Shown: piece by piece, positions 38,922 to 48,647 of the stretch
How the letters are laid out: each line of letters starts with the position of its first letter
How positions within the stretch are numbered: position 1 is the first letter of the stretch
NCBI GenBank assembly: GCA_963748625.1
Contig: CAVVJT010000007.1
Coordinates: 320,001-384,000 of the forward strand
Reading direction: 5' to 3'
Source: an uncultured Chloroflexia bacterium
GTDB taxonomy: Bacteria > Chloroflexota > Limnocylindria > Limnocylindrales > CSP1-4
Length of the DNA stretch: 64,000 nt
Translations under genes and position numbers: made by a program
The notes under the pieces: generated by a model
Told to the model about the DNA's origin: nothing
What the model saw: only the letters and a program-made list of their open reading frames with translations
Databases searched by the model: none

Positions 38922-39212
38922 ATGTCGAATGTTGTGGGCGAGCGGTACCAGATCACGATCGAGAAACGAGTACGGGAGCAGCTCGGGATCAAGCCCGGGG
39001 ACCGCGCCGTGGAGCGCGTGGAGGACGGGCGGCTCGTTATCGAGTTCCTCCCGGCTCCCCACCGGGATTCGATGCTGGGGATCTTCCATCGCCCCGGCAT
39101 GGAGCCGATCACGGACTGGCAGGCGGTGAAGGATCGAGCGTGGGCTGCCCGGACCGAGGAGATCATGGAGGTGCTCCGCGAGGACAGCCGGCGCCACCGG
39201 GGCGAGGAATGA
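38922..39212 (+). CDS. AbrB/MazE/SpoVT-family antitoxin
   Basis: VGERYQITIEKRVREQLGIKPGD; TCATAC direct repeats upstream (38883, 38902). Confidence 0.88.
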   Translation: MSNVVGERYQITIEKRVREQLGIKPGDRAVERVEDGRLVIEFLPAPHRDSMLGIFHRPGMEPITDWQAVKDRAWAARTEEIMEVLREDSRRHRGEE

Positions 39213-39616
39213 CCGCCCAGCGTGTCTTCTGCGACACGAGTGTCCTCGTGCGGTACTTCGCTGAGGACGACCCCCCGCGGGCGTTCGCTGCGGCCGGGCT
39301 CATCGAGAGCGACGCCACCCTCGTGATCTCGACCGGCTCGCTGGTCGAGCTGGTGCATGTGCTGCGCACCCAACATCGGATCGAGAACCCGGAACTCGGC
39401 GAGGGCCTGATCCGCTTCCTCGCCCGTGACAATGTGGACCTCGTCGACGCCGACGAGGGGACGACGGTCGCCGCGATCCGGTGGGCCCTCCGGGCGTCAG
39501 CCCGGCGCATTCCAGATGCGATCCTGGCGGCCGCAGCGGAGTACGCCCGGTGCGACTGGATCGCCACGTTCGACGAGCGCATGGCGTCGCCGACGGTGCC
39601 GGTCAGGACGGTCTGA
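39209..39616 (+). CDS. PIN-domain toxin (VapC-like)
   Basis: VFCDTSVLVRY, LVELVHVL, IPDAILAA, IATFDE; ATGA-coupled to the antitoxin. Confidence 0.88.
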   Translation: MTAQRVFCDTSVLVRYFAEDDPPRAFAAAGLIESDATLVISTGSLVELVHVLRTQHRIENPELGEGLIRFLARDNVDLVDADEGTTVAAIRWALRASARRIPDAILAAAAEYARCDWIATFDERMASPTVPVRTV

Positions 39617-39636
39617 GCGTGGGACCCGGCATCCAG

Positions 39637-39659
39637 CCTGCATAGTCCTCATGCATACT
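39637..39659 (+). promoter_or_regulatory. Palindromic operator TGCAT-N7-ATGCA (copy 2) overlapping a CATACT -10
   Basis: cctgcatagtcctcatgcatact upstream of the AGGAGG SD of the GcvT-like gene. Confidence 0.6.
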
Positions 39660-39687
39660 CTCGGGGACATCAGTCCAGGAGGTCCTC

Positions 39688-40878
39688 GTGAGCGTCGGCA
39701 CCCCGTTCCATCCGCGCGCCGCGGCCATGAATCGCAAGATGCAGTGGCGCGAGTGGGCGGGCTATTTCGCGTCCTCGGTCTACGCCGACTTCCACGACAT
39801 CGAGTACAACGCGATCCGCGAGGCGGCCGCCGTCATCGACGTCAGCCCGCTGTACAAGTACCGGGTCACCGGGCCGGACGCGCTCGCGCTCACCGACCGC
39901 GTGATCACCCGCGACGCGACGAGGATGCAGGTCGGCCAGGTGGTCTACACCCCCTGGTGCGACGAGCACGGCAAGGTCATCGACGACGGCACGGTGCATC
40001 GCGTCTCCGAGACGGAGATCCGCTGGACCGCCGCGGACCCGCAGTACCGCTGGCTGACCATGAACGCGGCAGGTCTCGACGTGCAGGTCGAGGACGTCAC
40101 CGAGGCGCTTGGCGCGCTCGCGCTGCAGGGACCCTACAGCCGCGCCGTGCTGGAGGCCGCGACCGGGGAGAGCTTCGCGGACCTCAAGTACTTCCGCCGC
40201 CGCGCCAGCTCGATCGGCGGCGTGGCCATCGACGTGTCGCGGACCGGCTACACCGGCGACCTGGGCTACGAGCTGTGGGTGCCGGCTGAGGCCGCCCCAG
40301 ACGTCTGGGATGCGATCTTCGCCGCCGGACAGGCCTACGCCATCCGCCCGGCCGGCATGCACGCGCTCGACGTCGTCCGGCTCGAGGCCGGGATGATCAT
40401 GCTCGACGTGGACTACACCTCCGCGCGCCATGCGATGAACCCGGAGCAGAGCTACAGCCCCTACGAGCTCGGCCTGGGCAGGCTCGTGTCCTTCGACAAG
40501 GGCGACTACGTGGGCAGACGCGCGCTCGCCGCCGAGGTCGCGTCCGGCGGCCCGGCCCGCCGCCTCGTCGGCCTCCAGCTCGACTGGTACGACATTGAGG
40601 GGCTCTACGACGCCCAGGGTCTGCCACCCGGCATCTCGCCGTACGTCGACCGCTCGCCGGTCCCGGTCTTCGCCGACGGCAGGCAGGTGGGCAAGTCCAC
40701 CTCGCACGGCTGGAGCCCGATCCTGAAGCAGGCGCTGGCGCTCGCGCTCGTGGCGCCGCGGTACGAGAAGGTCGGCTCCCGGCTGCAGGTGGAGTGGACC
40801 GTCGAGGGCCGCCGCGGCAGGGTCAACGCGACGGTCGTGGAGCTTCCGTTCCTCGATCTCGATCGCAAGCGCGCATGA
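39688..40878 (+). CDS. GcvT-family aminomethyltransferase (folate-binding)
   Basis: TPFHPR, EYNAIR, DVSPLYKY, GKVIDDGT, LALQGP, SRTGYTGDLGYE, RLEAG; no gcvH or gcvP nearby. Confidence 0.9.
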   Translation: MSVGTPFHPRAAAMNRKMQWREWAGYFASSVYADFHDIEYNAIREAAAVIDVSPLYKYRVTGPDALALTDRVITRDATRMQVGQVVYTPWCDEHGKVIDDGTVHRVSETEIRWTAADPQYRWLTMNAAGLDVQVEDVTEALGALALQGPYSRAVLEAATGESFADLKYFRRRASSIGGVAIDVSRTGYTGDLGYELWVPAEAAPDVWDAIFAAGQAYAIRPAGMHALDVVRLEAGMIMLDVDYTSARHAMNPEQSYSPYELGLGRLVSFDKGDYVGRRALAAEVASGGPARRLVGLQLDWYDIEGLYDAQGLPPGISPYVDRSPVPVFADGRQVGKSTSHGWSPILKQALALALVAPRYEKVGSRLQVEWTVEGRRGRVNATVVELPFLDLDRKRA

Positions 40879-42320
40879 GCGGCGACGACCCGATGACCGG
40901 CGCCACCGGGATGCCCGGCGCCGTCCCTGAAGCCGGCGTCGCCACCGACTTCACCGCCTTCGACCGCCTCGTGGAGGAGCGTCTCGGCGGCTGGGTGGAG
41001 GAGCTGCGCGAGTTCCTGCGGATCCCGTCCGTGGGCGGCGACGACGCCGCACTGCGCGACGCCGCCGCGTGGACGGCCGAGCGCCTCCGTCGCGCCGGCG
41101 CCACGGTGGACGTGGTGGAGCTGGCCGGCGCTCCCCCGCTGGTCGTCGGTGAGATGGGCGACGGCCCGCGCACGCTGCTCAACGTCGTCCATTACGACGT
41201 GCAGCCGGTGGAGCCGCTGGAGCTCTGGACGGACCCGCCGTACGACCCGGTGGTCCGCGACGGCCGCGTCTACGCCCGCGGCGCCACGGACAACAAGGGG
41301 GAGATGCTGCCCCGCATCTGGGCGCTCGAGGCCTATCGCGACGCCATCGGCCCCCTGCCCGTCCGGGTCCGCCACCTCGTGGAGGGCCAGGAGGAGACCG
41401 GGAGCGGCGCGCTCGACGCACTCCTTGACCTGCGCCCCCACTACCGGGAGGGCGACGCGGCCCTGATCGAAGGCGGCGACCTCGACTTCGAGGGGCGGGC
41501 CACCGTCTACGGCGGCGGCAAGGGCATGGTCGTGCTCGAGCTCGTCTGCCGGACCATCGCCCACGACGCCCACTCCAGCGCCTCGGTCGTGCTGCCCAAC
41601 GCCGCCCATCGCCTGGTCAAGGCGCTCGCCACCTGCTGGGATGACGAGGGGCGACCGGCCATCGAGGGGCTTTCCGCCGGCGCCCGCACCCCGACACCCG
41701 ACCAGCTCGAGGCCATCCGGACCACCGACCTGCAGCTGCTCGCCGACATTCGCGCGGAGTTCGGCGTGGAGCAGTTCGTGGGCGGGCTCGATGGGGTCGA
41801 TGCGCTCGAGGCGCTGACGTTCCAGACGACGCTCAACATCCAGGGCCTGTGGTCGGGTCATACGGACGCGACGCCCAAGACGGTCACGCCCGCGGAGGCA
41901 CGCGTCCGCCTCGACATCCGGATCATCCCGGACCAGGACCCGCCCGAGGTCACCGCGGCCGTGCGCCGCCACCTCGAGCGCCACGGCTTCGGCGACATCA
42001 ACGTCATCGAGCGCGAGGGCGAGCGCGCCTGGTGGACGCCACCCGCCCATCCCGTCGTGCAGCTGGCCAAGGTGGTGTCCGAGGAGGTCACGGGCATGCC
42101 CGCCAGCGTGGGGGTGTCGATGCCCGGGACCGTGCCGATGTACCAGGTGTGCGCGCTGCACCGGGTGCCCGCCACCATGCTGGGCGCCGGGCGCGCCGAC
42201 GGGAACCTGCACGCGCCCGATGAGAACATCCGGATCGAGGACCTGGCGACGGCCGTGCGAATGATGGGCCGGTTCGTGGACGCGCTCGCGCGTCTCCCCG
42301 AGGTGCCGAGGGTTCCCTGA
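40875..42320 (+). CDS. M20/M25/M40 family metallohydrolase
   Basis: HYDVQP, ARGATDNKG, EGQEETGS, HAPDENI. Confidence 0.9.
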   Translation: MSGDDPMTGATGMPGAVPEAGVATDFTAFDRLVEERLGGWVEELREFLRIPSVGGDDAALRDAAAWTAERLRRAGATVDVVELAGAPPLVVGEMGDGPRTLLNVVHYDVQPVEPLELWTDPPYDPVVRDGRVYARGATDNKGEMLPRIWALEAYRDAIGPLPVRVRHLVEGQEETGSGALDALLDLRPHYREGDAALIEGGDLDFEGRATVYGGGKGMVVLELVCRTIAHDAHSSASVVLPNAAHRLVKALATCWDDEGRPAIEGLSAGARTPTPDQLEAIRTTDLQLLADIRAEFGVEQFVGGLDGVDALEALTFQTTLNIQGLWSGHTDATPKTVTPAEARVRLDIRIIPDQDPPEVTAAVRRHLERHGFGDINVIEREGERAWWTPPAHPVVQLAKVVSEEVTGMPASVGVSMPGTVPMYQVCALHRVPATMLGAGRADGNLHAPDENIRIEDLATAVRMMGRFVDALARLPEVPRVP

Positions 42321-42323
42321 CCG

Positions 42324-43028
42324 CTACGGGATCTGGACCGAGCCGCCCCCTGCGACCTCGACGGTCTGGCTGGCCGGCTGCTGGGTCAGCGTGAGCGTTG
42401 AGCCGCCTTCGGCGGCACCGGAGACCGACCCGCTGATCGACATGGTGGCAGCCGAGCCATCGGTCAGCTTGACCGTGGCGTCCACCACCTTGAACTCCGC
42501 GAGCTCGGCGTGGGATCCCTGGGCCATGGACAGCGTGACGTTGGGCGAGTCGCCGATCGCGGTCAGGATGGCCCCGCCCGAGATGTCGAGGCGGATGTCG
42601 TCAACCGTGGATTCGAGGGTGCCGATGCTTCCGCCGGCGATCGCGACGGACGTGATCGAGATCGCGTGGATGGTGATCCGCGGGTAGTTCTCGTCGCTGG
42701 TGGTGAAGCCCGGGGAGACCATGCTCACCACCAGCTGGCCGTCCACGATCTCGGTGCTCAGGAGCGGAAGCACGTTCTCCTGCGCCTCGACCGTGACCTT
42801 GGCCTCGTTCGCCTCACCGATCACCACCTTCACGGGCGCGCTGACGCTGATGCGCGTGAACTCGCCCTGCGTGCGGTCCTCGGTGACCATGCCGCCTTCC
42901 CCGGCGACGGGGGTGGCCGCCGGCGCCCACGAGATGTCGCCACAGCCGGCGAGGACACCGGTCAGCGAGAGCGCGGCGGCGGCAACGAGCAGGAGGCGGG
43001 TGACGCGGCGGGGCGCGCGTGCTGGCAT
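42324..43028 (-). CDS. Lipoprotein with a DUF2807 (GIN beta-helix) domain
   Basis: Lipobox LAGC; GEGGMVTEDR..FTRISV, VTVEAQENVLP, repeated ISGG/GS rungs. Confidence 0.75.
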   Translation of the reverse strand: MPARAPRRVTRLLLVAAAALSLTGVLAGCGDISWAPAATPVAGEGGMVTEDRTQGEFTRISVSAPVKVVIGEANEAKVTVEAQENVLPLLSTEIVDGQLVVSMVSPGFTTSDENYPRITIHAISITSVAIAGGSIGTLESTVDDIRLDISGGAILTAIGDSPNVTLSMAQGSHAELAEFKVVDATVKLTDGSAATMSISGSVSGAAEGGSTLTLTQQPASQTVEVAGGGSVQIP

Positions 43029-43221
43029 GGTGTGACTCCGAGCGGCAGGACCACCGAGAGGATGCCCTGCCGCGGTCCGGCGAGGACGGGCCGGATCGGC
43101 CCCTTCGGGGGGCCGCAGGTCCGTACATGGCGGGCCGGTCGGGCCGGCGCCTCGTGCCAGTGCGGCCGAGCCAGGACCTTCGAGCCGGCCCTGCGCCCGA
43201 CGCCGGGGTCAGTCGGCAGGA

Positions 43222-43941
43222 TTAGCCCTCGACCTCCACCATCGCGTCGCCCAACGCGAGGACGGTGGGCTGGTCGAGGCCGGAGGCGACGAGCAGCCAG
43301 CTGGGGCTGAGGCCACGGTCCACGACGATCGCGAGACCACCGTCATCGAGACCCACCAGCGTGCCGCCGAGGTTGCCGAGTCCGGCTTCCCCCAGCTCGC
43401 CACCCGCCGGGACGCAGCCGTCATCATCGCTGCAGAACGCGCCCTCCGAGAGCGACAGCGTGGCACCGCCGGGCCCCTTGTACGAGATCAGGACCTTGCC
43501 CCCGTTCGCCTTGCGGTAGGAGCCCTCGGACACGAACCATCCCTTGGGCAGCACGGCGCACAGGACCGGCCAGTCCACGGCGTTCGCGGCCGCCTGGAAG
43601 AAGGAGCGGTTGGCATCGCTGCCGCTGCAGGCGGCAGCGCCGGTGGCGGTCACGGACGGCGAGGCTGCCTCGGTCTCCGGGGGCGCTTCGGTCCCGGTCG
43701 GTGCCTCGGTCTGCGCGAGGGTCGGCTCCCCGGTCTCGACTGCTGGGTCATCGGTCGCCGGGACCACGGGCGTTGCCTCGCCGGAGGCGGGGCCATCGGT
43801 CGAGCCGGCGCCTGCCGTCGCGGCGGGTGTCGTGCCCGGCGCACCGCTGCCAGTCGCGGCAGGCGTGGCGGACGTGCCGCCACTGCAGGCAGCGAGCACG
43901 AGGGCCAGCGCGACGATCAGGCTCGGACGGAGGTGACGCAC
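43222..43941 (-). CDS. Hypothetical lipoprotein
   Basis: Lipobox LAAC, Thr/Pro/Ala linker, Cys-containing globular C-domain; TACGCT 6 nt before GTG. Confidence 0.75.
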   Translation of the reverse strand: MRHLRPSLIVALALVLAACSGGTSATPAATGSGAPGTTPAATAGAGSTDGPASGEATPVVPATDDPAVETGEPTLAQTEAPTGTEAPPETEAASPSVTATGAAACSGSDANRSFFQAAANAVDWPVLCAVLPKGWFVSEGSYRKANGGKVLISYKGPGGATLSLSEGAFCSDDDGCVPAGGELGEAGLGNLGGTLVGLDDGGLAIVVDRGLSPSWLLVASGLDQPTVLALGDAMVEVEG

Positions 43942-43975
43942 AAAGGGAGCGTACCGGCAGCGCGGTGAAGGCGCT

Positions 43976-44794
43976 TCAGGAGGGGCCGAACGACCGGGCC
44001 ACGCCGAACGCGGCACGCCGCGCGGCACGCCGGAGCGTCAGCAGGACCGCCGATCCGACCAGCGCGATCAGCAGGACGTTGGTGACGGCACGCCCGATGT
44101 TCCAGGCCATCGAGGTGATCAGCGAGAAGAGGAGCAGACGACGCAGGTTCTCCTCCACTGGCGCGCCGGGGACGAACGAGAGCGCCGGATCCTCGGCGAC
44201 GACGAAGGGCCAGAACCAGAGGTCCATCAGCAGTCCGAAGGCGACGGACGCGACCGCGCAGTAGACCATGAGCATCACGATCTCGGCCTTGCCGCGCAGC
44301 GGCGGGAGCAGCCCGGCCCCAAGTCCCACCCATGACGCCGCGAGCATCTGGAACGGGAGCCACGGGCCGATGCCGCCGCTCAGCAGCGCGGACGTGAAGA
44401 GCGTCGTCGAGCCGAGGACGAACCCGAACCCGGGTCCGAACACGCGCCCCGCGAGGACGAGCAGGAAGAAGACCGCCTCGATACCGGCGGTCCCAGCGCC
44501 CAGTGGTCGCAGGGCCGCCCCCATCGCCGACAGCACGCCCAGCATGGCCAGCGCCTTGGTGTCGATGCCCCCGGAGGAGAGCTGGCTCATCATCACCACC
44601 AGGAGGACCGGGAGGACGAGCACGAACACGAACGGCGCATCCGAGCCGTGGCCGATCCCGGCGCCGGCCACGGGGGCGGGCGCGATGAACAGCGGCCAGA
44701 AGAAGGCCGCGAGCGACGCGACCGACGCGACGATGAGGACGAGGCGCGCCTGGCGCCCCACGGCGACCGCGCCCGCCGGCCGGCCCGCGTTCAT
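43976..44794 (-). CDS. ECF transporter S component (CbrT-like, cobalamin)
   Basis: KALAMLGVL, LRPLGAGTAGIE, GPGFGFVLG, GIGPWLPFQM; riboswitch operon context. Confidence 0.88.
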   Translation of the reverse strand: MNAGRPAGAVAVGRQARLVLIVASVASLAAFFWPLFIAPAPVAGAGIGHGSDAPFVFVLVLPVLLVVMMSQLSSGGIDTKALAMLGVLSAMGAALRPLGAGTAGIEAVFFLLVLAGRVFGPGFGFVLGSTTLFTSALLSGGIGPWLPFQMLAASWVGLGAGLLPPLRGKAEIVMLMVYCAVASVAFGLLMDLWFWPFVVAEDPALSFVPGAPVEENLRRLLLFSLITSMAWNIGRAVTNVLLIALVGSAVLLTLRRAARRAAFGVARSFGPS

Positions 44795-46485
44795 GGTGCG
44801 GCGTCCGGTGCGGCGTCCGGTGCGGTGTCCGGTGCGGCGTCCGGTGCGGTGTCCGGTGCGGTGTCCGGTGCGGTGCGGCCCAGCGCCTCGGCAACGTCGT
44901 CCACGCAGAGCCACCGCTCTGGGGCGAGGATCCGGGCGACCTGCGGTGCGAAGGCGGGCGATGCGGTCAGGATCTCCGTGGCCGGCCCTGCGGCGATGAT
45001 CTCGCCCTGCGCCATCACGATGACGTCCGTGGCGACCGTCGCGACGAACTCGACGTCATGCGTCGAGAGGAGGATCGGCCGACCCTGGCCGGCCAGCGTC
45101 CGGATGATCTCCGCGAGCCGTGTCTTGGCGACGTAGTCGAGGCCGCGCGTGGGCTCGTCGAGGAGGAAGACCCGGGGGTCCGCGATGAGCTGGATCGCGA
45201 GCACGAGCGCGAGACGCTGTCCCTCGGACAGGTCGCGCGGGTGGCTCGCGGGGTCGATCCCGGTCACCAGCCTGTCGAGCAGCGCATGGCAGCTCCCGGC
45301 CTCGGCCCCGGTCTCACGATCCGCCTGCCGGCACTCGGCGTCGACCGAGTCGAGGTACAGCAGGTCGGACGGCGACTGCGGCACAAGCCCCACCAGCCGC
45401 CGTGCCTCGGCCGGCCCGAGCGTGGCCGGGTCGCGGCCGTCCACTGCGACCGTCCCAGCGTGGCGGCGGCCGGAGCCCTGCACGGCCCACAGGAGCGACG
45501 ACTTGCCGGAGCCGTTGCGGCCCATGAGCGCCGTCACGGCTCCCGGGCGCAGGGTGAGGTCCACCGACCTGACCGCGGCGACGTCCCCGTACCGGACCGA
45601 GACGCCGCGGGCCACCAGCACGGGTGCGGCCGTTGTGCTCGCGCCGGTCTCGTGCGGGCGAACGGGCTCGAGGCCGGCCAGCCGCGCACGCAGCTGCGGG
45701 GCGCGTCGACGCGCATCCCGCACCGAGAGGGGCGGCGGCTCCCAGCCCGCGAGACGGCCAAGCTCGATCACCGCCGGCACACGATCCATGCCCGCCAGGA
45801 TTGCGGCCGGCGTGCCGGTGACCACCGATCCGTCGCCGCTGACGTGCAGCATCTGGTCGGCAAAGCCGATGACGCGCTCCAGCCGGTGCTCGGCCAGGAT
45901 CACGGTCAGGCCGAGATCGTGGACGAGGCGCGTGATCGCCGAGAGCACCTCCTCGGCGGCCGTCGGGTCCAGGGCGGACGTCGGCTCGTCCAGGACGAGG
46001 ATCCGGGGGTGGGCGGTCAGGGCCGCGCCGATGGCGACCCGCTGCTGCTGGCCGCCCGACAGGGTCCGCATCGGCCGGTCGCGCAGGTCCGCGATGCCCA
46101 GGAGGTCCAGCGTCTCCTCGACCCGCTTGCGCATGGTGGACGGCGGAACGGCCAGGTGCTCCATGACGTACGCGAGCTCGTCCTCCACGCGATCGGTGAC
46201 GAAACCCGAGAGGGGGTCCTGCCCGACGTAGCCCACCACGTCGGCGAGCTCGCGCGGCGGATGATCCCGGGTCTCGCGGCCCGCCACGAGCACGCGTCCC
46301 TCGAGACGGCCACCCGTGAAGTGCGGGACGAGGCCGTTGACCGCTCCGAGCAGCGTGGACTTGCCGGACCCGGTCGGGCCGACGACCACGCACAGGGTGC
46401 CCTCGTCGACCTGCACATCGACATCGCGCAGCACTGGCTGTCGGGCGTCCGGGTAGGTGACCGACACACGGTCGAACGTGATCAT
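44791..46485 (-). CDS. ECF transporter duplicated ATPase (A-A' fusion)
   Basis: Two Walker A motifs (GPTGSGKST, GRNGSGKSS), LSGGQQQR/LSEGQR, two LDEPT. Confidence 0.93.
   Translation of the reverse strand: MITFDRVSVTYPDARQPVLRDVDVQVDEGTLCVVVGPTGSGKSTLLGAVNGLVPHFTGGRLEGRVLVAGRETRDHPPRELADVVGYVGQDPLSGFVTDRVEDELAYVMEHLAVPPSTMRKRVEETLDLLGIADLRDRPMRTLSGGQQQRVAIGAALTAHPRILVLDEPTSALDPTAAEEVLSAITRLVHDLGLTVILAEHRLERVIGFADQMLHVSGDGSVVTGTPAAILAGMDRVPAVIELGRLAGWEPPPLSVRDARRRAPQLRARLAGLEPVRPHETGASTTAAPVLVARGVSVRYGDVAAVRSVDLTLRPGAVTALMGRNGSGKSSLLWAVQGSGRRHAGTVAVDGRDPATLGPAEARRLVGLVPQSPSDLLYLDSVDAECRQADRETGAEAGSCHALLDRLVTGIDPASHPRDLSEGQRLALVLAIQLIADPRVFLLDEPTRGLDYVAKTRLAEIIRTLAGQGRPILLSTHDVEFVATVATDVIVMAQGEIIAAGPATEILTASPAFAPQVARILAPERWLCVDDVAEALGRTAPDTAPDTAPDAAPDTAPDAAPDAAP
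44795..44874. repeat. 12-bp tandem repeat (6+ copies) encoding a (T/A)APD tail of the ATPase
   Basis: ggtgcggYgtcc repeated 44795-44866 plus a partial copy. Confidence 0.92.
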
Positions 46486-47651
46486 GTCGCCGTCGCTCCC
46501 GGGCGACCCACCAGGGCCGGGGCATCGCTCGCCACGGGGGCCGCCAGGCGGACGGGAGGCGCGACCCACGCGGGCAGCATGGCCACGAGGATGCCGGCCG
46601 AGGCGAGGGGCACGAAGACCGGCCACTCGAGCGGCACGATTGACGGATGGAGGGCGGCCGGGTCGATGCTGCCCGCGGCGAACATGGCGATGGCGCTCGT
46701 CACGCCCGTGAGGGCCACGATCGTCTCCGGGATGTGCCAGGTGTCCGGGCGGTAGGCCGTCCGCTGGATCCGCCGGCCACCGAGCCACATCCCGGCCATG
46801 CCCATCGTGACCCCGAGCACCATCATCGGCAGGCCGAGCCAGCCAGGTGACGATCCGTCCAGCAGCCCGTAGAGCCCGACACAGATGCCCCCGAGCCCTG
46901 CGATCACCAGGCCGCCGGTCAACCGGCGCGTGCGGACCGGCACGTGCGCCATCCGGCCGTACCCCCGGGCGTCCATGGCAGCCGCGAGGCTGAGCGACCG
47001 GTCAAGCGCATCCTGCAGGACGGGCATGAACAACCCGAGCATGGCCCGGAAGCCCTTGGTGCTGCCACCGCGGATCCGACGCGCGCGCCTGACCCGGAGC
47101 ACGCTCTCGATCAGCTGTGGGGCCATCGTCAGGGCGACGACGAGGGTGGAGCCGATCTCGTAGAGGGCATTGGGGACGAGGCGCAGGAGACGCCTCGCGT
47201 CCGCCAGCACGTTGGCGGCGCCGATGCACAGGATCAGCGTTGCGAGCCGCAGGCCATCATAGAACGCGGCGAGGATGCTCTCGAGGGTGACGGGTCCCCC
47301 GAACCCGATGCCCTCCATCCAGTCCGGCAGCGGGAGCTCCGGCAGCACGAAGATCACGTGGGTGCCGTAGTCGCCACCGAAGAGGACCCGGAGCCCGACG
47401 CGCAGCGCGACGACGACGCCGGCAAGGATGAGGTACGCCCCGAAATAGCGGGCCCACGGGGCATCGCTGCGGCGCTCGTTCACCACGACGAGCAGGACCG
47501 CGATGATCAGCCCGAGGAGCAGCGGATTGGTCGTGTGACTTGCCGCGGCCGCAAGCCCCAGGGCCCAGGTCCACCACGCGAGCGGGTGGAGCGCACGTGG
47601 AAGCCGCCCCCCTGCAGCGCCGCGGTCCCGCTGGACGTCGGACGTCGTCAG
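46482..47651 (-). CDS. ECF transporter T component (CbiQ/EcfT family), probable CTG start
   Basis: Frame is open upstream of GTG 47486 with [26 protein letters not shown]; ARRIRG and AMDARGYG coupling motifs; GGAGG 5 nt before CTG 47651. Confidence 0.85.
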   Translation of the reverse strand: MTTSDVQRDRGAAGGRLPRALHPLAWWTWALGLAAAASHTTNPLLLGLIIAVLLVVVNERRSDAPWARYFGAYLILAGVVVALRVGLRVLFGGDYGTHVIFVLPELPLPDWMEGIGFGGPVTLESILAAFYDGLRLATLILCIGAANVLADARRLLRLVPNALYEIGSTLVVALTMAPQLIESVLRVRRARRIRGGSTKGFRAMLGLFMPVLQDALDRSLSLAAAMDARGYGRMAHVPVRTRRLTGGLVIAGLGGICVGLYGLLDGSSPGWLGLPMMVLGVTMGMAGMWLGGRRIQRTAYRPDTWHIPETIVALTGVTSAIAMFAAGSIDPAALHPSIVPLEWPVFVPLASAGILVAMLPAWVAPPVRLAAPVASDAPALVGRPGATAT

Positions 47652-48583
47652 GTCCTCCTCCGGCGGCCCATGATGCCGAGGCCCAGGACGAGCACGACGA
47701 TCACGAGCGCGATACCCAGGAGGGTCCCGACCGGTGGCGCCGATGCGGCGGGGGATGGGTCGGGAGCGGGGGCGTCGCCCGGTGGTGTGCTGTCGGCCGG
47801 CGGTCCGGACGGCGCGCCGGCCACGACGCCGGCCACGGCCGAGGACGACGGGTCCGGCCCGGCCGGGGAGCCGTCGGGCATCGGGACCGATGTTGGCGTG
47901 GGCGTTGGGTCAGCGTCGGGCGAGGGTGTCGGGACGGGTGACACGGCCAGACCAGGCGTCGCCTGCGGCTTCGACGACGGCGTTCGGGTGGGCTTCGGCG
48001 TCGGCTTGGGCGTGGGCTTGGGCGTGGGCTTCGGCGTGAGCTTCGGGCTGGGTGTCGGCTTGGGCGTGGGCTTGGGCGTGGGCTTGGGCGTGGCAGCTGC
48101 GACCTTCGGCGGGTCGATGCCCGGCGGCGGCGGACCACTGCCGGCCGTGTCCTCCGCCCACGACCAGCCCTCGACCGTCCCGGGGGCGGGCGTGCGGCTG
48201 CCGGGACCCTTCTGCCCGTACTTCCACGTCCCGCCGGCGTCCGCATTCCAGTACGACCAGTACGCGTTGGCCGGCGGCGTGTTGACGCATGCCTCACGGT
48301 CGGGGCCAGGCTGGCCGTCAAGCCGGCACACGAACCCCGGCATGCTCGAGGGCTGGACGACGGTGAATCCGGCCTTCGCCAGCGTCTCGAAGCCGTTCCC
48401 GGGCGTGCCCTTGGCACAGCGCACCACGACGCCACCACCCAGCTGGTGGAAGTCCACCACCACCGTGACCCCGGTCGTCCCGGGACACGCACCGCTGGAC
48501 GCATGCACGCTGGGCGTCGTCCAGGCCGCCACACTGGTGACCAGCGCGAGCGCCACGAGCAGCGAGGCGAGTCGACGTGACAT
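47648..48583 (-). CDS. Membrane-anchored surface protein with a DUF4430/transcobalamin-beta-like (SCO2322-like) domain
   Basis: Signal peptide; [31 protein letters not shown]; PKPT stalk; C-terminal TM plus RRRR. Confidence 0.8.
   Translation of the reverse strand: MSRRLASLLVALALVTSVAAWTTPSVHASSGACPGTTGVTVVVDFHQLGGGVVVRCAKGTPGNGFETLAKAGFTVVQPSSMPGFVCRLDGQPGPDREACVNTPPANAYWSYWNADAGGTWKYGQKGPGSRTPAPGTVEGWSWAEDTAGSGPPPPGIDPPKVAAATPKPTPKPTPKPTPSPKLTPKPTPKPTPKPTPKPTRTPSSKPQATPGLAVSPVPTPSPDADPTPTPTSVPMPDGSPAGPDPSSSAVAGVVAGAPSGPPADSTPPGDAPAPDPSPAASAPPVGTLLGIALVIVVLVLGLGIMGRRRRT
47985..48092. repeat. Degenerate 12-bp repeats encoding (PKPT)n
   Basis: gggcttgggcgt units. Confidence 0.8.
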
Positions 48584-48647
48584 CGCGTGCACCCTCACAG
48601 CAGGGATCCGCGCCCGCCGGACGAACGGGCGCGAACCTCCTGCGCTC

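Noticed and set aside
39688-40878. Canonical gcvT of the glycine cleavage system
   Set aside because: No gcvH, gcvP or glycine riboswitch nearby; left without a gene symbol
44795-44914. His-rich (HRTG/HRTP)n N-terminal extension on the ECF S component as a metal-binding tail
   Set aside because: It is the 12-bp repeat read in other frames; the S component starts at the ATGA overlap at 44794
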